Assembly (NCBI GenBank): GCA_043780595.1
Contig: JAYWCL010000143.1
Coordinates: forward strand, 333-64,332
Reading direction: 5' to 3'
Source: Limnoglobus sp.
GTDB lineage: Bacteria; Planctomycetota; Planctomycetia; Gemmatales; Gemmataceae
Length of the DNA: 64,000 bases
In this document: positions 49,867 through 60,299 of the stretch, piece by piece
Layout: each line of letters begins with the position of its first letter
How positions within the stretch are numbered: the first letter of the stretch is position 1
The notes under the pieces: model-generated
The model's input: the letters and a program-made list of their open reading frames with translations, nothing else
Told to the model about the DNA's origin: nothing
Database searches by the model: none
Program-made: the position numbers and the translations under genes

Positions 49867-50121
49867 AACTGACACCAGATGGAGAATTTTCCGGTCGGGC
49901 AGTTTAGGTAAAGCGCGCCCGGCCCATACTGCTGTTCTAGGTGTTGAGTGTCCAGATCGACACGGCTCGGTTAAGAAGTCAGAAAAAATCGGTTGCGCGG
50001 TTTGCACCGGTTGTAATCGTGCTCTAGGTTCATGTGTCAGCAACGCACGGGGTAGAAAAACGACGGAGACTTGTCTCTGTCACCCACGATGCCTTGCGAA
50101 CAACACTGACGGAGAGCACCG

Positions 50122-50310
50122 ATGAATCTGATCGCAAAGAAGATGGTCAATTTCCTCAAGAAGGAAGATGGCCCCACTGCAGTCGAGTACGCCGTGATGC
50201 TCGCACTGATTATCGTCGTCTGCATCGCAGCCATCACCGCCCTGGGTTCCAGCGCTAGCTCGACGTTCAGCTATGTGAATAGCAACATCAAGGCTCCTGC
50301 TGCTAGCTAA
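50122..50310 (+). CDS. flp: Flp/Fap type IVb pilin
   Basis: FLKKEDG/PTAVEYAVMLALIIVVCIAAITALG prepilin motif. Confidence 0.92.
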   Translation: MNLIAKKMVNFLKKEDGPTAVEYAVMLALIIVVCIAAITALGSSASSTFSYVNSNIKAPAAS

Positions 50311-50331
50311 GCAGAGTCTGAGCTTACCTGA

Positions 50332-50415
50332 GAAGACGGGGATGTGGTTGCCGTGAAAGCGGAGACCCCATCCCCGTCTTCGATGACGTCGGGGTGGTGA
50401 CACACCCTAGTCATC
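50332..50415 (+). other. Two adjacent GNRA-capped RNA hairpins in the inter-pilin spacer
   Basis: 13-bp stem GAAGACGGGGAUG/CAUCCCCGUCUUC enclosing CCGU-GAAA-GCGG; then GAUGAC/GUCAUC enclosing GGGGUG-GUGA-CAC(A)CCC. Confidence 0.65.
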
Positions 50416-50436
50416 GAGTTAACCCCCTCAGGTTGT

Positions 50437-50613
50437 ATGAATCGATTTCTGCGTCCGCTGGTGAAGTTTTTGAAGAAGGAAGATGGGCCGACCGCCGTCG
50501 AATACGCGGTCATGTTGGCGCTCATCGTCGTGGTCTGCTTGATTGCCATCACCGCACTGGGTGAGAGCACGCGACAAACCTTCAGCAACGTGGCATCGAA
50601 AATCAAGCCGTAA
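50437..50613 (+). CDS. flp: Second Flp/Fap pilin (58 aa, below the track threshold)
   Basis: MNRFLRPLVKFLKKEDGPTAVEYAVMLALIVVVCLIAITALGESTRQTFSNVASKIKP. Confidence 0.92.
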   Translation: MNRFLRPLVKFLKKEDGPTAVEYAVMLALIVVVCLIAITALGESTRQTFSNVASKIKP

Positions 50614-50640
50614 GGCCGATTCGAGATCTGCAAACCATTT

Positions 50641-50678
50641 CGCGTCGCGACACACCGGTGTCGCGACGCGATTTTTTT
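50641..50678 (+). terminator. Intrinsic terminator after the pilin pair
   Basis: CGCGTCGCGACAC-accg-GTGTCGCGACGCG-A-TTTTTTT. Confidence 0.85.
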
Positions 50679-50699
50679 GAAAGTGACAGGTCGCAATCA

Positions 50700-51863
50700 T
50701 TACCGAACGGCGCGGTAGACGTGAACTTCGGCTTTGCCGATCTCGCCGGTGAGCTTGCCATCGGCGAATGTTAGCCCTTTCGGGCGAGTCGCGAATGCGG
50801 GTTTCCAATCGCCTATCGGCAACTCCAGCGACACGGGCTTCGACTCGGTTTCGGACAAATTCGCGACGATCACCGCGCTTCCCTCACTCTGCCAGATCGC
50901 GGCGGTAACATCGCCGCCGTCGGTGAGTTTGGTCCGCTTGGCGTCGAGCAGCAACGGCGCGAGCGCCTTCAATTCCAGAGCCACCGCGCCGCATTCGGTC
51001 CACAAATCTTTGCTATCGGGCAGGTACCATTCTTCCCACGCCGGTTTGCCCGCGGCCTTCTTCGTGGCTCGCACGGCAGGCGAATCGACCATGTGGTAGA
51101 TCGACCACGGCATCACGCCTTTCGCCCCATTAATGAGGCCGACGTAACACAAGTTGCGATACTCGGCAGGCGTCGGCACGCGGTTGCCGGGCCAAGAGAA
51201 TGTCTGTGGCAAAATCCAGTACGGGCAGTTCGCGAGCGTTGCGGCTTTGCTCACTAACACCATCTGCGTTTCGGTCGCTTTCAGGGTCGGGTCGGCAGCC
51301 TTCGGGTTGGCGACGGGGTACATTTCCCAGCCGATGAAATCCGAACATTTGAAGAACGCCGCCGCGGGCATCAACACGTCGCGACTCTGCGTGCCGAGCG
51401 GGTTGAACGTCAGCCGATGCGGGACGATTTCCTTCACCAACTCGTTCATTTTGGTGAGATGATCGACATTCGACAGCGTGTTCGCATCGTCGAAGATCGT
51501 CCACGCGATGATCGCAGGATGATCCTTGAACTTCCGCACGCGATCGAGTTTCGCTTCGGTTTCGGTATGCCCGGCGACCACCCAGATACCGAGTTCAGTG
51601 GCCTTGTCGAGGAACCGCGTATCTTCGTGCCACGGCCCCTGAATGTGGACGACCGTACCGCCAATCGCGTGGGTTTGCTCGACGCACTTCAGCCGCATGT
51701 CCCCCGTGTGCCCCGTCGAGATGTAAAAGCCGTACGGCATCACCGCCTTGCCGTTCACGAGCAACGTGCCATCCTTGCGGAGCGACGAAGTCATCGGCTT
51801 CGGGTCGGCCGCCACCGCGCACGCGGTCAGGCTCAAGAGGATCGCCAACATCGAGCGAAACAT
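50700..51863 (-). CDS. Exported hypothetical protein, glycoside-hydrolase-like TIM barrel
   Basis: Signal MFRSMLAILLSLTACAVAA, LLVNGKAVMPYGFY, HPAIIAWTIFDDA, DMYP-like EMYP, PYWILPQTF. The catalytic positions look atypical. Confidence 0.6.
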   Translation of the reverse strand: MFRSMLAILLSLTACAVAADPKPMTSSLRKDGTLLVNGKAVMPYGFYISTGHTGDMRLKCVEQTHAIGGTVVHIQGPWHEDTRFLDKATELGIWVVAGHTETEAKLDRVRKFKDHPAIIAWTIFDDANTLSNVDHLTKMNELVKEIVPHRLTFNPLGTQSRDVLMPAAAFFKCSDFIGWEMYPVANPKAADPTLKATETQMVLVSKAATLANCPYWILPQTFSWPGNRVPTPAEYRNLCYVGLINGAKGVMPWSIYHMVDSPAVRATKKAAGKPAWEEWYLPDSKDLWTECGAVALELKALAPLLLDAKRTKLTDGGDVTAAIWQSEGSAVIVANLSETESKPVSLELPIGDWKPAFATRPKGLTFADGKLTGEIGKAEVHVYRAVR

Positions 51864-51940
51864 GGTCGCGTCCATTCTGTTAAGGCCCATGACTGGGGTA
51901 AATTGATCTGGCTACTTCTATCGCTGTCGGCGTAGTGCCA

Positions 51941-54877
51941 CTAATTCTTCTGCAAATACGCGATCAGGTCGCGGATCTCGTCGGGCTTCATCGTGTCGAG
52001 CAAGCCTTCGGGCATCACTGAGTTCGGCGTCGGTTTGCGGGTTTCGATGTCCGCGACTGGCAGGAATAGCTCCTCATTCACGGTTCGCACGGTCACGCCG
52101 TTGGGCGAGTCCTTGCGGATGATGCCCGTAACGAGGCGGCCATCGAAGAGGTAGAACGCGGTCATCTTGTATTCGTTCGCGACGGCGGCACTCGGATCGA
52201 CGACGTTTTCCAACACGTAATCGAGATTCGACCGTTGGCTGCCGGTGAGTTCGGGGCCGACGACTTGCCCTTCGCCGAACAGCTTGTGGCACGTTGCGCA
52301 GTTCTTCGCGAACAACACCCGCCCGCGTTTTTCGTCTGCCGTTTTGAGCATATCCGGCGACAGCATCGCTTTGTACTTCGCGATCTGCACGTTGCGGTTC
52401 GCGCTTGCCGGCTTGACTTCGCCCCAGACGGCCTTGAGCTTCGCGACGACGGTTTGGTCCTTCAGCGTCGCAATTTGGCGTGCCGTGAATGCGGTAATAT
52501 CGGCCTTGGCAACGGTGCCTTTCTCGACCGCGTCGAGGAGTGCCATCGCGTAACTGGCGCGCGACGACAGCGTCTGCACGGCATCGGCTTTTTCGTCGGC
52601 AGTGAGATAGGCGTATACCTTCAGAATCGCGGCCGGCGTGGTGTCGTCGCTGTAGTTCGACAGTGCGATGATTGCGGAACGGCGAACCGTGGGGTCGAGT
52701 AACAGCGTCCGCAGTAGCAGTGGTAGATTGTCGGTCTTGCGGGCGGCCAACAGAGCGATCTCGCGGTTCCGTTCGCTCGCATCGCCCGATACGGCGATCC
52801 TGCCTATCATGTCCGCGATGGCACGGGGATCGTTGAATTTCAGCGCAACATCGTTAGCGAGCGAGACGATTGCCGCGTTCTGAGACCTCGAGAGAATCAT
52901 GTACATCACGTTCCAATTCTTAGGTTGCACGACGCTCTTGCGCTCCTCGAATGCCTGCACGATGCCTTGCAGAATGTCCTGCCGCGTTTCGTCGTTCGGT
53001 GCGGATGCCAAAATCGGGAAGACCGCATCGAGTTGTTTCGTCGGCTCCGAATTCGGCAACGTCAGCACGAGGCGAACGATGTTCGTCCGCACCCGCCGAA
53101 TCGCAATCGCGTTGACGAGTTTCAGCGCTTCGTCGGGCTTCGCCAGCACCGCAGGCTGAATGCCGAGCCAGTAGAGTTGGCTGAGCTTCGCGTCGGCGTT
53201 ATCGGCGACGTCTTTCGTCAGAATGATGGAAGCGAGTGTGAATGCTCGCTCGATGGGCAACTTCGCGAGTACGCTCAACATGGCTGCACGAACCGCTGGT
53301 GAAGAATCGCGAGCGTAGGTTTCCAGAAACACTGGCTCCGTCCCACGAAGTTCTGCGTCGCTAAATTGATCCAAGGCGCGAACCGAGCAAAGTCGAAGCG
53401 ATTCCGGCATCGTCTTCCCGACAACCAATAATGGTTTGCCGAGGGCAAGTCGTGTGAACAGCAAGCGTAAAGCGATCGTTTCATCGATTCGTTTGTTCAG
53501 TACGTCGATATCCGTACTCGGCAGTTTCAGTTCCTGCCCAGCCGCCTGCCGTTCCTGAAGGACGCGCCGCGCTTTTCGCACCAGCCATTCGTTCTTCGAT
53601 GAATGGAGATTCCACAACTCCGCGTCCGTCATTTTTGAGACATCGCCCTTCCAGCTTTTTCGGTCGCCGTAGATCGTGCGATAAATGCGCCCATTACTGA
53701 TGTCGGCCACGTCGTAGTTGTGGCACTCGCCGGTGTCGCTCCAATCGCTGACGTACAAACCGCCATCGGGGCCTTGCTTGACGCAGATGCCGCGGAACCA
53801 CGGGTCGTTCGCGAATAGGAAGTCCGGTCGGCGTACGCCTTTCATCCCCGATGGCGTGCGTTCGAGGCCGTCGTTGTTGAGGCGATTGCCGTGGATATTG
53901 CAGGTGAACAGCGTGTTGCGATACTCCTTCGGGAAGTTGTCGCCGAGGTAAATCGCCGCGCCGCTGTGCGCGTGACCGCCACCCGCGTCGTCGTGTTGCT
54001 TCTTCAGGCCGGTTTTCAGATCGGCGCGGCCGTCGGTCCAGTGGCCGCCCCCCCAGTGCTTGTAGTCCACCGCACTGCTCATTAATCCGAAGGCGTACGG
54101 GTTCGAGTCCTGGCCGTACATGCGTTCGTATCGCCCGCCGGGCACGACGTGAAACAGGTGATCGATCACGCAGTTCGTGATGAACATTTCGCCGTGTTCG
54201 TCGAAGTCGAGGCCCCACGGGTTCGTCGTGCCGGTCGCCACGACTTCGAAGTTCTTCTTGGTCGGGTGGTAACGCCAGACGCCGCAATCCATGTAGGCAC
54301 GCTTCTCTTTCGGCGTGCCCGGCGCACCAATGAACGCCTTCGCTTGAATGCCGTTACAGCCGTACAAGTAGCCGTCGGGCCCCCAGATCAGGCTGTTAAA
54401 TACCGTGTGTTTCGTGTCGGTCATGTTCCAGCCGTCGAGATGAATCACCGGCGGGCCGCTCGGCTTGTCGTCCGCGATTGGCACGAAAATCAGGTTCGGC
54501 GACGAGCAGAGCCAGACGCCGCCGAAGCCGAACTCGATACCGGAAAGATTCACGCCGTTATCGATCACCACGGTTTTCTTGTCGTGCTTGCCGTCGCCAT
54601 CGGTGTCTTCGAGGATCACGACGCGATCGTGCCCTTTGCCATCGCGGCTCCACTTCGGGTAGCTGAGGCACTCGACGACCCACATCCGCCCGCGATCGTC
54701 GAACGTGAACGCGATCGGCTGGACGATGTCCGGCTCACCCGCGAACAGCGTCACGTGGAACCCCGGCGGGACTTTCATCTTCGCCGCCGCTTCCGAAGTC
54801 GGCACCGGTTTGTCTGCCGCCTGCAATTGCGGTGCGGAATACGGAATGAACGCCAACAATAAGAGGAGCCAGCGCAT
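51941..54877 (-). CDS. PVC-type heme-binding CxxCH protein (membrane-bound dehydrogenase propeller, HEAT repeats, cytochrome c)
   Basis: Signal peptide; FAGEPDIVQPIAFTFDDRGRMWV, GTTNPWGLDFD, YVSDW, NCATCHK, VGPELTG, SVMPEGL. Confidence 0.9.
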   Translation of the reverse strand: MRWLLLLLAFIPYSAPQLQAADKPVPTSEAAAKMKVPPGFHVTLFAGEPDIVQPIAFTFDDRGRMWVVECLSYPKWSRDGKGHDRVVILEDTDGDGKHDKKTVVIDNGVNLSGIEFGFGGVWLCSSPNLIFVPIADDKPSGPPVIHLDGWNMTDTKHTVFNSLIWGPDGYLYGCNGIQAKAFIGAPGTPKEKRAYMDCGVWRYHPTKKNFEVVATGTTNPWGLDFDEHGEMFITNCVIDHLFHVVPGGRYERMYGQDSNPYAFGLMSSAVDYKHWGGGHWTDGRADLKTGLKKQHDDAGGGHAHSGAAIYLGDNFPKEYRNTLFTCNIHGNRLNNDGLERTPSGMKGVRRPDFLFANDPWFRGICVKQGPDGGLYVSDWSDTGECHNYDVADISNGRIYRTIYGDRKSWKGDVSKMTDAELWNLHSSKNEWLVRKARRVLQERQAAGQELKLPSTDIDVLNKRIDETIALRLLFTRLALGKPLLVVGKTMPESLRLCSVRALDQFSDAELRGTEPVFLETYARDSSPAVRAAMLSVLAKLPIERAFTLASIILTKDVADNADAKLSQLYWLGIQPAVLAKPDEALKLVNAIAIRRVRTNIVRLVLTLPNSEPTKQLDAVFPILASAPNDETRQDILQGIVQAFEERKSVVQPKNWNVMYMILSRSQNAAIVSLANDVALKFNDPRAIADMIGRIAVSGDASERNREIALLAARKTDNLPLLLRTLLLDPTVRRSAIIALSNYSDDTTPAAILKVYAYLTADEKADAVQTLSSRASYAMALLDAVEKGTVAKADITAFTARQIATLKDQTVVAKLKAVWGEVKPASANRNVQIAKYKAMLSPDMLKTADEKRGRVLFAKNCATCHKLFGEGQVVGPELTGSQRSNLDYVLENVVDPSAAVANEYKMTAFYLFDGRLVTGIIRKDSPNGVTVRTVNEELFLPVADIETRKPTPNSVMPEGLLDTMKPDEIRDLIAYLQKN

Positions 54878-54951
54878 GAAGGAGTTCCGATTGGGGTGGG
54901 TGAACCTTTTCGCAGGTTGTTATGATAACGAGAACCGAACGAGGAAGCGAT

Positions 54952-55503
54952 ATGACAACGTTGACGACGAAACGGATCACCGCGGAAGAGTTCGCCGAAC
55001 GGCCCGAGCCGGTGGATGGTTCGAGAGAAGAACTCGTACGTGGGGAGATTGTGACGATGTCTCGACCGCAACAAGAACACGCCCTCGTCCAATTTCAAAT
55101 TGGCTGGCTCCTCAAGAACTTGGTTACGCCAAACCGTCTCGGCTGGGTCGGTGGCGAATCGGGTGTCTTAGTGGAGAGAGACCCCGATACGGTCCGAGGA
55201 CCGGATGTGTATTTTTTCAGCATTTCACGCATGCCGCAACGCCCGCGAGGATATCCGGACATTGCCCCGGACATTGTCGTCGAAATTCGTTCGCCGAGTG
55301 ACCGCAACAGGGCTATTCGCGAAAAGGTTCGCGAGTATCTTGCCGCTGGTGTTCGCCTGGTGTGGGTCGTCGATCCCGAAACGCAAACCGCGATGGTTTA
55401 CTCCGGTAACATGCGTGGCGTCGAACACGATTCCGAAGACACCATCACCGGTGGCGATGTGCTGCCGGGGTTTGCGTGCAAAGTCGCTGAGTTCTTCGAG
55501 TAA
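54952..55503 (+). CDS. Uma2/DUF820 family PD-(D/E)xK-like protein
   Basis: EELVRGEIVTM, DTVRGPDV, PDIVVEIRSPSD, GVRLVWVVDP, GGDVLPGF. Confidence 0.9.
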   Translation: MTTLTTKRITAEEFAERPEPVDGSREELVRGEIVTMSRPQQEHALVQFQIGWLLKNLVTPNRLGWVGGESGVLVERDPDTVRGPDVYFFSISRMPQRPRGYPDIAPDIVVEIRSPSDRNRAIREKVREYLAAGVRLVWVVDPETQTAMVYSGNMRGVEHDSEDTITGGDVLPGFACKVAEFFE

Positions 55504-55531
55504 ATTTCCGGCATGTTTCGAGGGGTGCGAG

Positions 55532-56203
55532 ATGTCTGCGATAACTGCGGAAGGGTTCTTAAACATGCCAGAGCCAGCAGATGGTTCGAAGCAAGAACTG
55601 TTCCGAGGGGAGATCGTGACCGTGGCGATGAATCAGGCCGAACATTCCCTGGTTCATGCACAGATCGTTTGGTTGCTGAAAAACGTCGTGTACCCCGGAA
55701 AGCTCGGCTGGGTCTTGACGGAAAATGCTGTCACCATCGAACGCGATCCCGATACGGTGCGTGGCCCGGACATTTCCTTTTACAGCATTAGACAAGTCCC
55801 AACACGTCCGCACGGAGACAACCCGTTGCCCCCCGATTTGATCGTCGAGATTCTTTCTCCCAGCGATCGGCGAGGTGCGGTTCGCGAGAAGATCCGCGAA
55901 TACATCCGCGCGGGTGTCCCGCTGATTTGGCTCGTCGATCCCGAACTCCAGATCACCACGGTGTACGCCGGTTCGATTCGCGGCGGCGAAGTGGAAGCCG
56001 TCATCTTCTTAACCCGTCGATGCTCGATGCTTATGCGTATTCCCTACTTTTCGTCGATCAGTTTCTCGAACCAATCGTGCGCTTCTTCGGGTTCCCATTC
56101 GCCGGAGATCTTCATTCGGACTTGTTGGCCGACGGTTTCGTACTCTTTGGAACTCTCGTTCGCGGCGATCTTGAGTACGAATGGCTCGATGGCGGGGAGG
56201 TGA
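55532..56203 (+). pseudogene. Second Uma2 copy, C-terminally truncated
   Basis: Paralogous to the first copy up to YAGSIRGGEVE (~55996), then lacks the DTITGGDVLPGF end. The frame runs 160 nt antisense into the kinase gene. Confidence 0.6.
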
Positions 56204-58497
56204 TCTTTAATTTTCTTCCACAGCTCGATGTTCGTGAAATCTTGCAGTTTCTTTTGGCTCGTGCCCGTCAGTTCGACATCGACTTGAAAGCGATCTTCGA
56301 CGAGGCGAATCCGTGCGACGATCAGCTCGATGCCGTACTGCGAAAGCGCGTCGCCCTCGGGGAACGTCCATCGCCCCGTGGCGACAAACGTGGCGAATGG
56401 TCGGTTCGCATCGAGCGGGTCGGGAAGTGCGCCGATGAGCTTATCGGACGCCGTCGTGGGCGGTTTTTTCTGTGCGGATCGTTGGGCCATTGCGACTAAC
56501 GAAGCGCCATCGCTTCCCAGGGCATAGGCGCGTTCGGCGATGACCGTGGCAATCACTCGTTGATTTTTCGGCGTCACGAACGAGAAGCACTTCTGTCCAT
56601 TGATCGTGTTCGGAGCCACGGTACGATCGAGTTCGGCGATCCAGTTCGCGTTCAGGAAATCGCCTTCCGCGATGGCATAGTGTCGCGAACCGAAACCGGT
56701 ATCGCTCGCTATGGCGTACGTAATCCGCTCGCATCTTCGCACGTCGAAACGGTAGCGCGACGTGAGTGCGTTGATCGCGGCCACCGATTTGGGCTTGATC
56801 GCCTGCTTCCATTTATTCATGTACGCTTCGGGGTGGATCACCATCGCGACCGTCACGCCGTCGGGTAGGTTCCACGATGCCGGTACCAAGTTGCCCTTCG
56901 CGGGTTCAACCGCAACGGGTTTCGTCGCCACCGGAATCGGCTGCGTCGTTTCGGGTGGCTTCGAGCTTGGCTTCAACACGACGACCGTACCGACGATTAA
57001 GAGCAACACTGCGCCGCCGATCGCGGCGAACGTCGGCAGTTGGCTCTTCGGCTTCAGCTTCCGCACGGGAACGGTCTTGGCCTTCAATGGTCGATTCCGT
57101 CGCGTTTCCTTCGAGTCGTCGGTGTCCGAATTCGTCGTAGCCCCTGCCACGGTCGTCAAGATCGTTCCGGAACTATGGTCGGAATGCCGAGGCTTCGGGA
57201 TGCGAACCGCGTTCGCCGCAGGAAGGTTCCCGTCCGAATGTTCGGGTACTGCCACGACGCGAATCGGCTTGGCGGCCTTCCGCGAACGCATCGGCGCGGT
57301 CACGATCTCGGCTTCGGGAATGTTCGCCGCATTCACCGCCAACGTGACGACCGTGGTGCCATCGGGTACGCTCGCACCGCCCGTTGCGGCAGGAGTGGCG
57401 TAAACGTACGCTTCGCCTTGGAGCGACATTTCCGGTTCGGGAGCCGCATCGGGCGTGAATCGAGCGAGTTGGGCCGCGACCTCGGTGCAGGTCTGAATGC
57501 GGTCTTCGGGCTTCTTGGCCAGCAGTTTATCGACGATCCGAATGAGGTCGTACGGCACGTCGGGCCGGAGTTTCCGCAGGTCCGGCGGCGCGTCGAGTTG
57601 ATGGCGAAGTAGCTTGTCGATCGGCGAACCGTCGGGGAATGGCGGGCGACCGGCGAGGAGGTAAAAGAGCGTGCAGCCGAGGCTGTAAATGTCTGCGCGG
57701 GCATCGACCGTGCTCGAGTTCTTCGCTTGTTCGGGCGACATATAATCGGGCGTGCCGACGACGGTACCATCGCGGGTCAGTTCCGTGCGCGAGACATCGT
57801 CGTCGTCGCTGAGCGACCGGATCAGGCCCATGTCGAGGATTTTGACGTGCGCCACCCCGCCCGTATTGGGCAGCGCGCGTTCGCCGGAAACGAGCAAGTT
57901 CGACGGCTTAATATCGCGGTGAACGAACTCGCGATCGTGCGCGTGTTGCAACCCGAGCGCCGTCTGTCGAGCGTACTCGGCGGCTTCGCAATAATGGAGT
58001 TGGCCGAATTCCTTGACGAGTCGCGCTAAGTCCGATCCGTTGACGAACTCCATCGCCATATAGTGGCGACCGCCCGCCTCGTCGGCATTGTGGAGCGATA
58101 CGATGTTCGGGTGGTTGAGCGTCGCCGCGGCGGCGGCTTCCCGCTTGTAGCGCCGCATGACGGTCTTATTCGATAATAGATGCGGACGCACGACCTTCAA
58201 CGCCACGATGAGGCCGACCTTTAGCTGAATTGCCTTGTAAACCTTACCCATCCCGCCTTCGCCGATCTTGTCCATCACCAGATACGGACCGATTAAAATT
58301 TCGACGATGCGGCTAATGCGGACTTTCTTCGACTGGTAACCCGTGAGGAGACCCGCCGCACGGAGCCGTTCGGAGAGCGCGACGGGATTGGCCAGAATAT
58401 CGGGCGGAATGTCGTCGAGAGCAACGAGTTGCGCTGGGGAATAGAGGCCGCAATCGCGGATCGCTTGAATGAGGTGTTCGGGAGTATTCCAATCCAT
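56044..58497 (-). CDS. Hanks-type Ser/Thr protein kinase with TM helix and extracytoplasmic domain
   Basis: IGEGGMGKVYKA, VALK, HRDIKPSN, DMG, GTPDYMSPEQ, TM IGGAVLLLIVGTVVVL. Start placed at ATG 58497. Confidence 0.92.
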   Translation of the reverse strand: MDWNTPEHLIQAIRDCGLYSPAQLVALDDIPPDILANPVALSERLRAAGLLTGYQSKKVRISRIVEILIGPYLVMDKIGEGGMGKVYKAIQLKVGLIVALKVVRPHLLSNKTVMRRYKREAAAAATLNHPNIVSLHNADEAGGRHYMAMEFVNGSDLARLVKEFGQLHYCEAAEYARQTALGLQHAHDREFVHRDIKPSNLLVSGERALPNTGGVAHVKILDMGLIRSLSDDDDVSRTELTRDGTVVGTPDYMSPEQAKNSSTVDARADIYSLGCTLFYLLAGRPPFPDGSPIDKLLRHQLDAPPDLRKLRPDVPYDLIRIVDKLLAKKPEDRIQTCTEVAAQLARFTPDAAPEPEMSLQGEAYVYATPAATGGASVPDGTTVVTLAVNAANIPEAEIVTAPMRSRKAAKPIRVVAVPEHSDGNLPAANAVRIPKPRHSDHSSGTILTTVAGATTNSDTDDSKETRRNRPLKAKTVPVRKLKPKSQLPTFAAIGGAVLLLIVGTVVVLKPSSKPPETTQPIPVATKPVAVEPAKGNLVPASWNLPDGVTVAMVIHPEAYMNKWKQAIKPKSVAAINALTSRYRFDVRRCERITYAIASDTGFGSRHYAIAEGDFLNANWIAELDRTVAPNTINGQKCFSFVTPKNQRVIATVIAERAYALGSDGASLVAMAQRSAQKKPPTTASDKLIGALPDPLDANRPFATFVATGRWTFPEGDALSQYGIELIVARIRLVEDRFQVDVELTGTSQKKLQDFTNIELWKKIKDHLPAIEPFVLKIAANESSKEYETVGQQVRMKISGEWEPEEAHDWFEKLIDEK

Positions 58498-58644
58498 CGT
58501 GGGCCACAGAGGTCTAGGAGAACGGCCTGCCGTCGGTTGATTTGACAACGGTAGTCTGATTGTACTTCTGAAAACCTAAAGGTGCGCGCGAAAAATCGAA
58601 TGCGGTGCCGAGATCGTTGGCACGAAGGAGCTACACTCAGCGCT

Positions 58645-60198
58645 ATGGACCGGAAACCTGTCTCCATCGGAGCCGCTGTTTTGTCGCGAATCGTGCGTTC
58701 GGAAGTCGTTTTCTTCCTGGTGGCGTGGCCGATTCTTGCCGTCCTGTACCGGGCACGCGCGTTCGTCGACCCCGGCACGTTCTGGCACATTCGCGTCGGA
58801 GATCTCATCCGCGAACGCGGATTCATGACCACCGACCCGTTCACGTTCCCCTTCGCGGGCAAAACCTGGATCCCGCAACAGTGGGGCGGTGAGATCGTCA
58901 TGTCCGCGATTCACTCGGCACTCGGTTTCGACGGCATGCTGTTGGGCATGTCGGTGATGCTCGCGGGGTTGTTCGCGTGGGTGTTCCATCGGTTGCTCGT
59001 CGGTGGGATGGGTTGGCCGCTGGCGGGCATCGTATCGGCGCTCAGCATGATGGCAGCGGGGTTCCATTTCTACGCCCGCCCACACATCATCACCATCGTA
59101 TTCATGGCCATCGTTGCGGGGTTCATCGTTGATTTCGACCGCGGCAAGATCGGGCGAGGGCGGTTGCTGTTGCTAATTCCGCTGCATCTCGTTTGGACGA
59201 ATATCCACGGCGGAATGCTCGGCGGCGTGGCCACGCTCGCACTCGCCGGCATCGGCTGGGCGGTCCTTCGCAGTATGAATCGTGGCGAGTGGCTCGCCTA
59301 TTTCGGCATCGTGGCGATGTGCGCACTGACGATGTTCGCGAACCCGTTCGGCCTCGAAATGCAGCGAACCTGGTTCCGAATCGTCGGCTCCGGCGCGATG
59401 GCGCAGTACGTCGACGAACACACGATGCTCAATCCACAACGGCCCGGCGATCGAGCCGTGTTGGCGTTCGCGGTCGTATATTTGATCGTGCTATTTGGTG
59501 CAAAGTGGCATGATTTCCGCATCACGTGGCTGTTGCCGCTCGTCTGGTTCGTGCTCACGATCAAGAGCATTCGGCAAGGGCCACTGTTCGTGGTGGTCGG
59601 TACTGTCCTGCTCGCCGACATTTGGCCGCACACTTTTTGGCACCGTTATTTGTGCCGAAAAGGCGACACATTAGCCCGCGATGTCACTTTACCCTTACGG
59701 CCCTTCACCTGGCATTCGTGGCTATTGCCGATGATCGCGGTGGCGACGGCGATTGTGCTGCAATCGTACCGCGTGCGCTGTCCCATCATCGGCACTGGCA
59801 TGGCACATCTCGATCCGTGGCTGGTGCCGGTATCGCTGATCGAACCGCTGCAAAACTACGCTGCCACCGTGCCGACAGGCACGCGAATTTACAACGATGC
59901 CAACCTCGGCGGTTTCGTAATCTATCACGCGCCGAAGCTCAAAATCTTCATGGACGACCGCTTCGAGTTGTGCGGCGATGCCTGGTTGATGAACTACGTC
60001 GAAACGATTCGCGACCACCCGGAGCGATTCGAGGATTGGTACCAGGAGTACCGTTTTGAAGTCGCAATCGTCGCCGCATCGACGCCGATGTTGCCACTCG
60101 AACACGCAATGCGCAGCTCGGGCCACTGGCGCGAAATCGCCCGCGACTGCACCGCCGTGATGTATCGCCGAATCGATTTCATTCGCACACCGCAATAG
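58645..60198 (+). CDS. Polytopic membrane protein, GT-C-fold glycosyltransferase-like
   Basis: DPGTFWHIRVGD, QQWGGE, RPHIIT, WTNIHGG, soluble C-terminal IYNDANLGGFV...IFMDDRFE; many TM segments. Confidence 0.65.
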   Translation: MDRKPVSIGAAVLSRIVRSEVVFFLVAWPILAVLYRARAFVDPGTFWHIRVGDLIRERGFMTTDPFTFPFAGKTWIPQQWGGEIVMSAIHSALGFDGMLLGMSVMLAGLFAWVFHRLLVGGMGWPLAGIVSALSMMAAGFHFYARPHIITIVFMAIVAGFIVDFDRGKIGRGRLLLLIPLHLVWTNIHGGMLGGVATLALAGIGWAVLRSMNRGEWLAYFGIVAMCALTMFANPFGLEMQRTWFRIVGSGAMAQYVDEHTMLNPQRPGDRAVLAFAVVYLIVLFGAKWHDFRITWLLPLVWFVLTIKSIRQGPLFVVVGTVLLADIWPHTFWHRYLCRKGDTLARDVTLPLRPFTWHSWLLPMIAVATAIVLQSYRVRCPIIGTGMAHLDPWLVPVSLIEPLQNYAATVPTGTRIYNDANLGGFVIYHAPKLKIFMDDRFELCGDAWLMNYVETIRDHPERFEDWYQEYRFEVAIVAASTPMLPLEHAMRSSGHWREIARDCTAVMYRRIDFIRTPQ

Positions 60199-60299
60199 GT
60201 AGTCGAACCTATTGCCGATGCACATGCTCATTGTGGATGGTCTACGTGGCACAGAGCCACAGATGGGAGGATGCGATGATACGCGATGGCATACGCTTC

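Noticed and set aside
49867-50121. Attenuator leader peptide or T-box for ilvD
   Set aside because: No Ile/Leu/Val-rich mini-ORF, T-box sequence or terminator was seen.
50311-50436. c-di-GMP-I (GEMM) riboswitch
   Set aside because: A GAAA loop is present but the GGCAAA and GACGCAAAGC core is absent; kept only as an unclassified structure.
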